This document shows, piece by piece, positions 10,658-22,184 of a DNA stretch of 64,000 nt. Each line of letters starts with the position of its first letter. The first letter of the stretch is position 1. The translations under genes were made by a program, and so were the position numbers. The stretch is taken from positions 43,533,544-43,597,543 of the forward strand of contig NC_090404.1 in assembly GCF_036365525.1 (NCBI RefSeq). The letters are read 5' to 3'. This DNA comes from Heterodontus francisci. Lineage: Eukaryota. The notes under the pieces were generated by a model, which was not told the origin of the DNA, made no database searches, and saw only the letters and a list, made by a program, of their open reading frames with translations.

Positions 10658-11034
10658 ATAAGTCGCAATGGCCCCTGGAAACCTCCTTTATCAGACTGGG
10701 GCCTTGGACTTGTCCTATCCCATAATATGTTTTCACGAACAAGCAATCCCTGTATAACACAACTCATAGAACAGCAATATATTGTGATCTTGAATGTAAA
10801 TGGATCAGTGACATTTCAGAAGCAGTATTTTTTTTTTTTAAAGTAATCTCTTATATGCCATCTATTTGTATTAAACTTTGCTCAGGCAGTGCTTGCGAAC
10901 CAATCATATTATCTTAAGAATCAATAGCTGGCCTCTAATTTTGAAAATATTTCACAGCAATACTAAGGAAAATAAAACAAATGACAATTAACCAGAGACC
11001 GTGATTTCAATAAATAAATGAAGATTTGAATTTC

Positions 11035-11205
11035 TATCGGGTCTTTCACGTGCTCAGTACGTCCAAAGGCTTTTTGAAGAGTAGTCACTATTGGAATGTA
11101 TGAAACGTGCACAGCAAGATCCCACAAATAGCAATGTGATAATGACGAGATCATTAGTTTTAGGTGTTGGGTGAAGGATAAATGATGGCCGGGACATGAG
11201 GGAAA
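11035..11205 (-). mobile_element. Deu-domain SINE remnant (AmnSINE1/SacSINE1-like)
   Basis: ttttgaag..tagtcact..gcacagcaagatcccacaaa.agcaatgtgataatgac block recognised from memory of this family. Confidence 0.55.
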
Positions 11206-11254
11206 TGGTCTTTTCATATTTATAGAAGGGAGTAAAATATCCTTGTAATTCTAG

Positions 11255-11569
11255 GACCTGCTCCACCAACCATCAGTCTCCTCTACTCTGCAAGTGACGA
11301 ACAGAGAATAAAGGGGTTGGTACAACTGTTTTGCCTCATCAGTGAATACAAACCAGAAAGCATTACAGTGAGCTGGGAGAAGAATGGAAACTCCATACAG
11401 TCTGGCTTTACCACCACATCCCCAACTAAAACATCGAATGGAGATTTTAGCTCCACAAGCATCCTTAAAGTGCCCCTGCAGGAATGGAGTAGCGGTTCTG
11501 TGTACAGCTGCCAAGTATCCCATTCTGCAACCAACAGTGTACAGCGGAAAGACATTAGATCAAAATCAG
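11255..11569 (+). CDS. IgNAR: IgNAR constant exon C1
   Basis: ctag| acceptor; GPAPPTISLL..LFCLISEYKPESITVSW..YSCQVSHSAT..RSKS (C1-set Ig domain); donor G|GTGAG; 315 nt. Confidence 0.95.
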
Positions 11570-12434
11570 GTGAGGAAATGAAACCAATTCAGAAGCTTGC
11601 ACGAATGAAGTATTCCCACTTTCTTTATCAATATTGGATTAGTTGGGATGTTTTTGTGACAATTTATCGATGAGGATTAAACATTCCTGAACTGGTCCAG
11701 TGAATGACATCTGCACCAGTTCATGGTGTACTGGAATTCTAAAAATTGTTGGGAATGTTTCAGCAGCAACGTCCGAGCGACCTGAAGCTGCTCTTTCAAA
11801 GAGCCAGCACAGGCACGATGGACCGAATGGCCTCCTTCTGTGTTATATCATTCCCTATTTGAGCGGCAATGACTGAGGTACTGGATGGTGCTCACTGTGA
11901 GGCTAGTATTGCAAAAGGCACTAAGATGTCTTGACATGAATATGAAGATGTGGCCAATGTAATGCATCGAACATAATCTTTTATGATATTAGGAATAATT
12001 TATAAAGATCGTCTCACATCCCATTTAATTAGTTCACCAAATCAATCCAGGTGAAACAGGACAGAAATACAGATCAAAAGTGTATCTTCAGAAAATAATG
12101 GATCAAATTTCACAGTACGGTTCAGTTACTCGTTACATTTCTGAGGATTTATTATATCTGCTGCTGCATTCGGTACAAAATTGTGTAAATAAAATGAAAT
12201 AGGTGAGAGTGGGACAGAGAAAGTAAGAACAGTGAGTGAGAGAGGGATAGTCATTGAGAGAGAACTGCTACTAAATTAAAGAGACAGATATGATCAGAAA
12301 ACCGAAATAAAACAACAAACGGTTCTTTCTTTTAAATATTTTATTTAAAACGACATGGGTAAGAGCCATGGAAATACGACTATTTGGACAACAATTCTAG
12401 GGAGTCATCAAACACGATCGGCCCAATTTATTTG

Positions 12435-12835
12435 TCTATTTCTCTCTTTCTTTCCCTCTCCATCTCCCTCAGCTTTTCTCTCTGTGTCTGTCACTCTCCC
12501 ACTTTAGAACCCACTGTCTCTCTCGCACACTCCGTTTCCATGTCGCTGCATGTTTTTTAAAAAATCTCTGTTGGTGTCTGGCTCTTGGACTCCCTTTATC
12601 TCTTTCTCTCCCCTCTCTCTTTATCTCTCTGCCTCTCACTCTTTCTCTGACGGTCTCTCCATCCCACTCTTTCTGCTGTTATCTCTCTCTCTGCTGCTCT
12701 GTCCCTGCCTGTCTCTCCCTATCGATTTATCTCTCTCTTGTCCTGTTCCTGATGCTCATTATCTCTGTGTTGTTCTCTGTTTTTTCTGTTTGTCTCTTTG
12801 TATCCAGTTCTCTTTTTGTCTCTCTCCCTGTCATT
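12435..12835. repeat. Degenerate (CT)n low-complexity tract
   Basis: Long pyrimidine-rich TCTCTC run; a GA-rich stretch lies just upstream (~12200-12290). Confidence 0.8.
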
Positions 12836-12993
12836 CAGTATAAATTATTTTTTCAAATTAGTGATTCACTCAAACTGCACGAAAACAACAGAATGATATT
12901 TTAAATTCAATAATAATCAGTAAAAATATGTTCATCAACTATCAGTTGTCACTGAAATTAAATGCTTCCTAAACAAAGAGATTGGTCAACATA

Positions 12994-13890
12994 AAATTTG
13001 CAGATGACACTAAGGTCGGTGGAGTTGTAGATAGTGCCGAAGGATGTTGGAGGGCACAGAGGGAAATAGATAGGCTGCAGAGCTGGGCTGAGAGATGGCA
13101 AATGGAGTTTAATGCGGAAAAGTGTGAGGTGATTTACTTTGGAAGGAGTAACAGGAATGCAGAGTACTGGGCTAATGGGAAGATTCTTGGTAGTGTAGAT
13201 GAACAGAGAGATCTTGGTGTCCAGGTGCATAAATCCCTGAAGGTTGCTAACCAGGTTAATAGGGCTGTTAAGAAGGCATATGGTGTGTTAGCTTTTATTA
13301 GTAGGGGGGTCGAGTTTCGGAGCCACGAGGTCATGCTGCAGCTGTACAAAACTCTGGTGAGACCGCACCTGGAGTATTGCGTGCAGTTCTGGTCACTGCA
13401 TTATCGGAAGGATGTGGAAGCTATGGAAAGGGTGCAGAGGAGATTTACTAGGATGTTGCCTGGTATGGAGGGAAGGTCTTACGAGGAAAGGCTGAGGGAC
13501 TTGAGGTTGTTTTCGTTGGAGAGAAGGAGGAGGAGAGGTGACTTAATAGAGACATATAAGATAATCAGAGGGTTAGATAGGGTGGATAGTGAGCGTCTTT
13601 TTCCTCGGATGGTGATGGCAAACACGAGGGGACATAGCTTCAAGTTGAGGGGTGATAGATATAGGACAGATGTGAGAGGTAGTTTCTTTACTCAGAGAGT
13701 AGTAAGGGCGTGGAACGCCCTGCCTGCAGCAGTAGTAGATTCGCCAACTTTAAGGGCATTTAAGTGGCCATTGGATAGGCATATGGATGAAAATGGAATA
13801 GTGTAGGTCAGATGGTTTCACAGGTCGGCGCAACATCGAGGGCCGAAGGGCCTGTACTGCGCTGTAATGTTCTAAATTCTAAATTCTAAA
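12994..13890 (+). mobile_element. Young 5'-truncated CR1 LINE in the C1-C2 intron
   Basis: Open RT C-terminal ORF (KFADDTK...), (TTCTAAA)3 tail; nearly identical to 35789-36688. Confidence 0.95.
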
Positions 13891-13925
13891 CGCATTGTCC
13901 TGTTTCTGTATCTCTGGTTTCTCAG

Positions 13926-14234
13926 TGACAGAAATCACAGTATTTCTCAGAGATCCCTCCATTGAAGACATCTGGATCAATAAGACTGCCACCCTGGTGT
14001 GTGAAGTGGTCTCTACAGATCCCACTGAGATTGCGATCTCTTGGACAGTTGATGGTAAGATGAGGATTGAAGGAGTTCAAATCGAAGCAATTACAAAGGA
14101 TGGAAACCAGTACCTGACAATCAGCCGCTTGACAAGCAGCGTGGAAGAATGGGATAGCGGGGTTGAATACTCATGCTTAGCACATGGGGACCAATCATCA
14201 AATCCGGTAACAAAACAAACAAGAAGGACAAAAG
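13926..14234 (+). CDS. IgNAR: IgNAR constant exon C2 (alternative in-frame start at 13932)
   Basis: (VT)EITVFLRDPSIEDIWINKTATLVC..SW..EYSC..RRTK; donor G|GTGGGT. Confidence 0.93.
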
Positions 14235-14309
14235 GTGGGTAAAAATATATCGCCCTGTTTTTAAATGACTGTGGAAGGAAGACTAACCCTGGTTGAAATT
14301 CTGTTACAG

Positions 14310-14627
14310 TCGAGCCAATACAGCCAAAGGTCCGCCTCCTGCCTCCATCACCAGAGGAGATTCAAAATACCAGCACCGCCATTCTCACATGCTTGATAAG
14401 AGGATTCTATCCTGATAAAATCACCGTTTCCTGGGAGAAGGACGGAGTTGCTTTAAACTCGAACGTCACCAGTTTCCCCACTGCTCTTGAACAGGACCAG
14501 AGCTTCAGCACAAGCAGCCTTCTCATTTTACCTGCAGCTGAATGGAAAAAGGGAGAAACATACACCTGTTCCGCCTTACATTCACCTTCAGACTCGACCG
14601 TGAAGAGGGCCATCAGCAAACCGAAAG
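14310..14627 (+). CDS. IgNAR: IgNAR constant exon C3
   Basis: Preceded by a 75-nt intron with branch point GACTAAC (14281). Reads VEPIQPKVRLLPPSPEEI..LTCLIRGFYPDKITVSW..YTC..SKPK; donor G|GTAAGG. Confidence 0.95.
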
Positions 14628-15276
14628 GTAAGGGTAGTTACACAATATATACTCACACAATCAGTGCTTTGCACTTCATCTAAAGGCAACATCAAACAAC
14701 AGGGGCACTAGTGATCAGATACCTCTAGTTGGAGGAACAGCAAAATGTGTGGATAACAATTAATGCAGCCTTAACTCACAGGCCGCACGGAGACAATAAA
14801 CTGATCAGCACTCAGTGTGTGCGCCGCCAGAAACATGTGAGGACCCAATGGTAAGAATGAAGGAGGAGAAGAATTTCTCCAACTTCACTGTACGGTTCAC
14901 TGGTGATTGTGGGCGATCATTAAACAGCAATAAACAGTAGATAAACATGCATAGAGTTCCATAATGTGGGGAGAAGACTTTGGGTGCTGTTTACTTCGTT
15001 CTGTACTGCTGGATTTAAGTCCGATACAACACTGAGTGCCGGCAGTCAGTTAAAAGCCAAAAACAGCCAGTTATCAGGCGACACAGCCAATTTAGTCAGT
15101 AGCTTTTTGCATTTCAATTACTCATATCTTCTGCACCGCCAGGGTTAGAGGTCATAAAAGGAGTCTAATAACGTCATCATGAACAGAATCCAATGCTGTG
15201 ACCTTTTGTTTTGATGAGTGTAAACTAAACTGTTTTCATTTCTGATTGTTTTTATTCCAATCAAATTACAAATAGT

Positions 15277-15443
15277 GAGGTATATTGGAACCCACTACAT
15301 TCTGGCTACGGGACTGCAACTGACCTGCAGCACCAGTCAGTCTGATGCGTGAACGTCTGCAGCATGAGAACGGGAACAATTTGTCCCAATTAAATTCCAG
15401 TCAGAGGAATTCCTGATCTGTGGAATAAATTATTGTAAATATT
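15277..15443 (+). repeat. ~170-bp repeat, copy 1 (copy 2 at 18378-18549)
   Basis: Shared blocks such as gcagcatgaga, gtcccaattaaat.ccagtcagaggaattcc.gatctgtggaataaat. Confidence 0.85.
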
Positions 15444-16044
15444 ATTAGCACAATAATAGTCCCACCACCTTCGTGTGAAGGATGAAGAAGCAATAAACTT
15501 CCCTGGATCTGGGGTTGGATACCCGTTTCTTGCTGAGTTCGTTGATTTCACCTGATGGTGCTCGGGGCCTGAAATGGGTCTTAGTGTCCCTAGATTCACG
15601 AAACAGCAATAGTGCGTGGTTCCACTCCTGACCGATGGTAAGTGCATGTGTGCTATTTCTGGGAAGAAGAAGAGAGGACATTGGCTGCAATGTCCTCACG
15701 GTACAACAACCTGCTGATATTTACTGTGTTTCGGGTCTCATGAACAATAGATCATTGGCTCAGGTACCAGAGGGTGGCCAATAGATCTCGTACAGCAGTG
15801 AGTACAGGAGAGGATAGAATCAGGCAAATATTGTTATCAGACGCAGTCATAAACACTAACAAACAAGTTTCTGGCATTGGTGAGGACCCCTACACTGTAA
15901 TAGTCAGCTATGCAGACCAAACACGCCCTATGTCCTGCCACCAGACCTCGCTGAGTTGACGAATCTCAACTGCTGGCTTTTTGGCAGACGCAATAGCCTA
16001 GATACATCCGGGTTAGTGAGGCGAACACCATTGTTTCCTCTTAC

Positions 16045-16970
16045 ATAGGGTTATATAGAATATACAGCACAGAAACAGTCCATTAGGCCCAATAAGTCCA
16101 GGCAAGCGTTTATGCTTCACTCAAGTCTTCCTTCAGTATTTCCCTATCTAACTCTTTGAACATAATGCTCCATTGCTATCTCCTTCATATGCTTGGCTAG
16201 ACTCCAGTTAAATACAATTATACTGTTCACTTCAACCACTCCTTGTTGTCAGGAGTTCCCTATTTTCACCTTTCTCGAGATAAAGAAGCTTGTTCCGAAT
16301 GCCCTATTGAATTTCTTGGTGACTACCTTATGATAATGGCCACTAGCTTTGCTCTTTCCCAAGTGAAAAACTTCACTGTGTCTACTCGACCAAACCTTTC
16401 ATAATGAAAAAAAAACTCTATTGGAGAACCCCTCAGCCTTCTCTTTTCAGCAGAAAAGACACCTAGCCTGTTCAATCTCTCCTGAAATGTATTCCCCCGT
16501 ATTGATGTTGTCATCCTTGTAAATAATGTTTGCGCCCTCTCTAATGCCTCTGCATTATTTTTTCAATATATGACAAGCATACTGTGCGCAGTAATCCAGG
16601 TGTAGTCAAATCAAGGTTCGATGCAGTTTTAGTGTAACTTTCAATTCTAGTTTTTTTTATGACCTTGTTAATCTGCGTTTCTAGTTGTAATGATTTATGT
16701 ATCTGTAATCCCAGATCCATTTTCTCCTCTTCCACATTTATATTCTTATTTTCTAAGTAATATGCCACCTCTTTAACTTTCTTGGTGAAATGCAATACTC
16801 TGCATTTATTTATGTTAAATTCATTTGCCAATTATTTCTCCATACTGCAAGTATCTTCATATCTTCTTGCAATTTGTTGCAGTCCTCCTCAACATTGGCT
16901 ATTCGCCTGAATTTGGTGTAATCCACAAATTTAGAAATTGGATTTCTCATTTTACCATCCCAAACATTAA
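16045..16970 (-). mobile_element. Degenerate CR1 LINE 3' fragment
   Basis: Minus-strand ORFs (FNINKCRVLHF; QERLNRLGVFS.EKRRLRG). Confidence 0.8.
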
Positions 16971-18377
16971 TGGTCCTCCGATCTGAGGAGGTCAGGTGGA
17001 GTTCGATGTGTTTGCACCTCTGGCGAGTGCAGGACTGGACGGGGCTCTGATGTTGCTGCTGTAGGATAGGCTGTTGGCATTCACATTTTCTGCTGATCTA
17101 CTCAGAGTGTCCAATCGGTAGAGGTACTCAAGGCAAGCGATTCAGTGGAGCCTGTACTGGAGTAACAATGACAGCAGGCATTTATATAGCACTTTTAAAC
17201 GCCTCGTGCCTCTTCACAGAAATCGATAGGAAGTGAATCTAAATATGCACGCTGTCTTTGTTTTAGAATGCTGAGGTGATGATTTGAGTGTTGAAATCAG
17301 CCCAAGTCCCACACATGACATTTCTGCTTGTCGTTGCCTCAACATATCTCAGGGTTGAAACTCAGTTTGCTGTTTAAACCAATGGAGATGATTCATTTTA
17401 TTGCAATCAGTCATCTGACATTCTCACTTTTTTGTGCCTTCCTTTTTCCTTTTTCTGCCAAAAATAGCAACTTTTTGAAATGAAAGTAAGATCAAATCCC
17501 TTCAGATAAATGGGTTCTTGTAACATACACCATGAAATATTCTTCTTTCATTTTATGAAGGGATGTTAACTTAATGGGATGAAATCAGGGATCCCAGTGA
17601 GTAGACAAATACATGTTTACATCTGCCAATCTGGAAGGAGAGCCAATGGGAATGATGAGAATCAAGAAACAGTTTGCACAGCACTCCCTTCTGAAACATC
17701 ATTGAGAGAAATTCACCAATTTTAGTGTAGATTAGAAAAAAAAAGTAACAATGTTGGACATGCGCAATAAATATGTAACTTTAGTCCCTTGTAGAGATCT
17801 TGAGAATTTCAGAGATGACATCCTCGCCAAATATAATGACGGTGGTTTCGATAATGTTCAGAGAAACAAATTTAACTTTTAGTGAAAACAAAGGAGAATG
17901 CTTATTCTTTTAGATTTCATGCCATGTATAAAGAAAGTAATGATTCTTACGGGCAGAGTGACCATTTTACTTTAAAAACTGAAGACATGTTTTCCAAAAT
18001 CTTTAGCATTTATCTTAATTTTGTAAAGGTCGGATACTAGAGAAAACCTTTCCACCGTCACTGATGTCAATATCGTGTACCTCTGGGCCAGGTATATCAT
18101 CGTAAAATTATAGACTTCCTCACTTTACACACTTAAATAATGGTGTCTTTAATCTCAACCTTCCAGCAATGCTTCTTCCTAGATCAGAGTGGTAGTTTTT
18201 ACGTTTTCCTAAATACATTGTAGCTTTTAAGTGACCAGCGAAATCGGTGTCAAATTATGTAGAACATCTGCTTGTTGGTTTTGAGGCCACGCTTCCATTC
18301 ATTGCTCAGGCAGAGACAAGTTCATTTCAACCCAAATGCTTGGACTGAAAAAGAGGAGAATTTTAGTCACTTTATAG

Positions 18378-18549
18378 GAGGTATATTTGAACCCACCACA
18401 TTCAGGACACAGGGCTGCAATTGACCTCTAGCATCAGTCAGTCAGTCTGATGGGTGAACGTTTGCAGCATGAGAGCGGGGACTATTAGTCCCAATTAAAT
18501 CCCAGTCAGAGGAATTCCCGATCTGTGGAATAAATAATCAGAAATATTT
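18378..18549 (+). repeat. ~170-bp repeat, copy 2
   Basis: Direct repeat of 15277-15443. Confidence 0.85.
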
Positions 18550-18755
18550 TTGCGGACATCATCCAGGGAAGCCAGGAGATGAAAGCAACAAGACCAGAAG
18601 GGCGCTGCATCTTATTAGCTAAACAGAAACAATCTGAGAAAATTCCTAACCTACTCCAGTAAGTAGAATTATTTTACATCTCTTGGAGTATGTTGTTGTT
18701 GTTACCCTTGAATTCAACATGACAGCTTGAAATAACCATTCCCTCTTCTTTCAAG

Positions 18756-19076
18756 ATGATTGTCATGAGGCAGACATTTCTGTCAATATATTGAACCCCC
18801 GCTTTGAAGAGATTTGGACTCAACGAACGGCGACCATTGTTTGTGAAATCCTTTACAGCGACTTAGAAAGCGTCATCGTGTCCTGGCAAGTGGATGGGAG
18901 TGGGAAAACGGAAGGAGTCGAGACTCAGAGTCCCGAGTGGAATGGAAGCAAATTCGCCATCGTTAGTAAACTGAAAGTCACTGCGGCAGAGTGGGACAGT
19001 GGGGTGGAATACGTCTGCTTCATAGAGGACAGCGAATTACCAACACCAGTGAAAACTTCCACCAGGAAAGTAAAGG
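18756..19076 (+). CDS. IgNAR: IgNAR constant exon C4 (extra N-terminal Cys, DDCHE)
   Basis: tcaag| acceptor; DDCHEADISVNILNPRFEEIW..IVC..SW..EYVC..RKVK; donor G|GTAAGC. Confidence 0.95.
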
Positions 19077-19474
19077 GTAAGCACAGATAATACTCAGTCA
19101 GATGATAAATTATGTTAACAAATCACCCAGTTTCTTCATTAAATGTTCCTATGTCATCTGGGACCTGGGAAGTCACCAGACGGGTAAAAAATAGTATGAA
19201 AAAATAGAAGCGGTTTGACACTGTTGCATCCTAAGAGCGTCAGTGCTTTTTGATTGTCTCCAACTCTTTGCAATCTAACGTCAGACCACATTGAAAAACC
19301 ACCAAAATAAAGAAAATTAATGGCACCCATGAACAAGAAGAGAAATATGTAAACTCTCACAGTTCGGAAACTATTCCAAATGCCCGAATGCACATTATTT
19401 CTAGAAAAGGGGAACATAAAGTGAAGACTGGAGAAGAAACAAACTCAGTTTAACCAATATTTCTCTCTTTACAG

Positions 19475-19857
19475 TTGGTGAAATGCATCCTCCTAAAGTC
19501 TACGTTCTACTTCCATCAGCGGAAGAGATAGACACTGAGCAGACGGCTACTCTGGTGTGTCTGGTCACTGGATTTTATCCTGCTGAGATTTACATCGCTT
19601 GGATGGCCAATGACACCCTTTTGGATTCAGGTTCTCCTAGCCAAGCAGAGATCGAGAAGAGAAATGATTCCAGCTCCATTGCCAGCAGATTGAAACTCAC
19701 TGCGGTGGAGTGGAACAGCGGCACCACTTACACCTGTTTAGTGGGACACCCGTCCCTCCAAAGGGATTTACGCAGAAGCATAAATAAATCTTATGGTAAA
19801 CCTACTTCAGTTAATGTTTCACTTGTCCTATCTGACAGTGTTAAATCATGTACATAA
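19475..19857 (+). CDS. IgNAR: IgNAR constant exon C5 plus secretory tail (internal donor after 19795 for the TM form)
   Basis: VGEMHPPKVYVLLPS..LVC..YTCLVGHPSL..NKSY|GKPTSVNVSLVLSDSVKSCT*. IgM-like tailpiece with NVS sequon and penultimate Cys; G|GTAAAC internal donor. Confidence 0.96.
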
Positions 19858-20173
19858 CCCAGTGTGGGTGACTATCTGTTTCCCATAGATGTGTTACTGT
19901 TGTGATGTTCATAACTGTTTGAGTATCTGAGTCAGCGAATCTCCTGTTTATCAAATGTCACTGTCACCCTCTATGTCTACGAATAATTGTTGAGATATTT
20001 CACGAATATATGGAACCATATCAGTCAATGAAGGATAGTTATGGTTAGAATCCGATAACCCTGGATAACCTTAACACAGCTGAAATCGTTTTGAAGATCC
20101 CTTGAAGGGTTCAGTGATGTTATTGGATGAATAGGAAATTGTGCTTTCGTCTGTATGTGGGTCTGCTAATTGC

Positions 20174-20229
20174 AATAAATGTAGAATGAAAACCTGCTGG
20201 CTCCCCTATTTGTCGTTTGTGTGCGTGTT
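20174..20229 (+). terminator. Secretory-form polyadenylation signal
   Basis: AATAAA (20174-20179) followed by GU-rich ttgtcgtttgtgtgcgtgtt. Confidence 0.75.
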
Positions 20230-20519
20230 ACTTTCACGATCTTCATTTTAAACTTGATCCAAATATGTATGATATACATTGTCTAATCTTCCAGCTGTGC
20301 AACACGTTTCCATTCCCCCATTTTTAGAGATACAAAGGGTGCTTTCAAACAGATTACACTACTCCTTACCGTGTTTGCAGCTTCAAGAGCTCTTGTGGTT
20401 TACATTTGGCCAATGATGTATCTAGTTGTAAATCGGTATGAGTAAAAGTAGAACAACATCCAGTCACTATTTAGTACGACAATAATTTACCAAAACTAGT
20501 GATTGCCTGTATTCACTCT

Positions 20520-21375
20520 TACTTATCTAGTCATAGCTAGATCTTCAGTGAGATCTCCACCAGCTCCCGCACCAGTATATCTGGAGTTCCATAAGGATCT
20601 ATCCCTGGTCCTCTCCTATTGCTCACATACATGCTGTCTCTGGGTGACATCATCCAAAATCAGAGCCCACATGTACGCTGCTGACACCCAGCTCTATCTC
20701 ACCATCACCTCTTCCGATCAATCCGCTGACTCTGATTAGTTTTTATTATTTGATGGGACATGAGCGTCAATGTGAAGACCAGCATTAGTTGACTTTGAGT
20801 TGGTGTTGATGAGCTGCCTTCATGAGCCACTGCAGTCCATCTGCTGTAGATACACCCACAATGCTGTTAGGAAGGGAGTTCCAGGATTTTGACCCAGTGA
20901 CAGTGAAGGAACAGCGTTATAGTTCCAGGTCAAGATGGTGTGTGGCTTGGTGGGGAACTTGCAACAGGTGGTGTTCCCATGCATCTGCTGCCTTTGTCCT
21001 TTTAGGTGATAGAGGCTGTTGGTTTGGAAAGCTATTGTTTGAGGAGCTTTGGTGAGCGGCTGCAGTGCACCTTGTGTATTATACACGCTGCTGTCACTCT
21101 GTGTCAGTGGTGGAGGGAGTGAATGTTTGTGTTTTGGGTACCAAGCAAGGGGACAGCTTTATCCTGGATGCTGTCGAGCTTTTTGCATGTTGTTGAAGGT
21201 GCACCCATCCAGGCAAGTGGAGACTATTCCACCACACTCCTGTAGACAGACATTCGGGAGGCAGAAGTTGTTACTCACTGCAGAGTTCCCAGCATCTGAC
21301 CTGTTCCTGGAGCCATAGTATTTATGTGACCGCTCCAGTTCATTTTCTGGTCAATGGTAACCCCCAAGATGTTGA
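20520..21375. mobile_element. Non-LTR retrotransposon fragments (L2-like RT on +, ~20520-20735; LINE 3' end on -, ~20740-21375)
   Basis: YAADTQLY RT motif on +; ILGVTIDQK.NW..HINT on -; a related tail also occurs at 38080-38240. Confidence 0.6.
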
Positions 21376-22184
21376 TGGCAATGCTATTGTTGTATTGAAC
21401 TATTAATCTGTGCAGTTTCAAAAGTTTTTGTTTCCAAGGTATGACTTGACATTGGAATATCCTCAGCACTTTAGTGTCATTTGAGCTCATTGTCAGCTGG
21501 TGGGCTTCTGAATCACAATATTGTGGGTAGAAATTCGCCTCAAGTGACGGCGCCACCGCCTGAGAGGGATTTCAACTCCAGTGGGTTCAAGCTCCTCTGC
21601 CTGACTTCGGTTTCTAATCCAGGCTGACAATTCCACGCAACAGCGGGTGCGGTTTTCCAGATAAGATGCTGCTCCGTGGCCTCGTCTGGTTGTTCGGGTA
21701 GATGTTAAAGATACCCTGGGTGTATTGAAGGATTAGCGAGCTCTGCTGGCGGCTCCCAGAGCAACACTTATTAGACTAACTTCCCATTGACCACATTGCT
21801 GCTTTTTGGGCGTGGTTCTGGGTTAATTGACTGTGATGTAGTTTATCAAACATTAAAAAAGTAATTATTTGGCCGTACAGCTTTGTGACCTCTGGAAGCC
21901 GTGAAAGGCTATGTATGAAGTGGAATCTACTTTTCTTCTCATAATGGTCAGTTGAAGTGCAGCACAGGATCCGACAGTTTATCGAATGGGAAGCTAACCT
22001 GTATTCACAGCGAATTGCAGCCTGCAGTGAGACAGCTGATCCGATCATTGTTGGTGTTGCATTTTCTTCTCAAGGGGAAATCAGACCGTTCTTTAACGTA
22101 AAGCACTTTGCCTAATTACTGTGACTAGCCAGCCGAGTCAGAAGCTGCAACAGCTGTTTCATACGATCCATACAGGATTGTATC

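Noticed and set aside
12550-12843. Leu/Ser/Cys-rich membrane-like ORF
   Set aside because: Translation of the (CT)n low-complexity tract.
15594-15643. Strong donor G|GTAAGT in the C3-C4 intron suggesting an extra exon or second TM
   Set aside because: No upstream acceptor gives a stop-free, frame-preserving exon and there is no hydrophobic segment.
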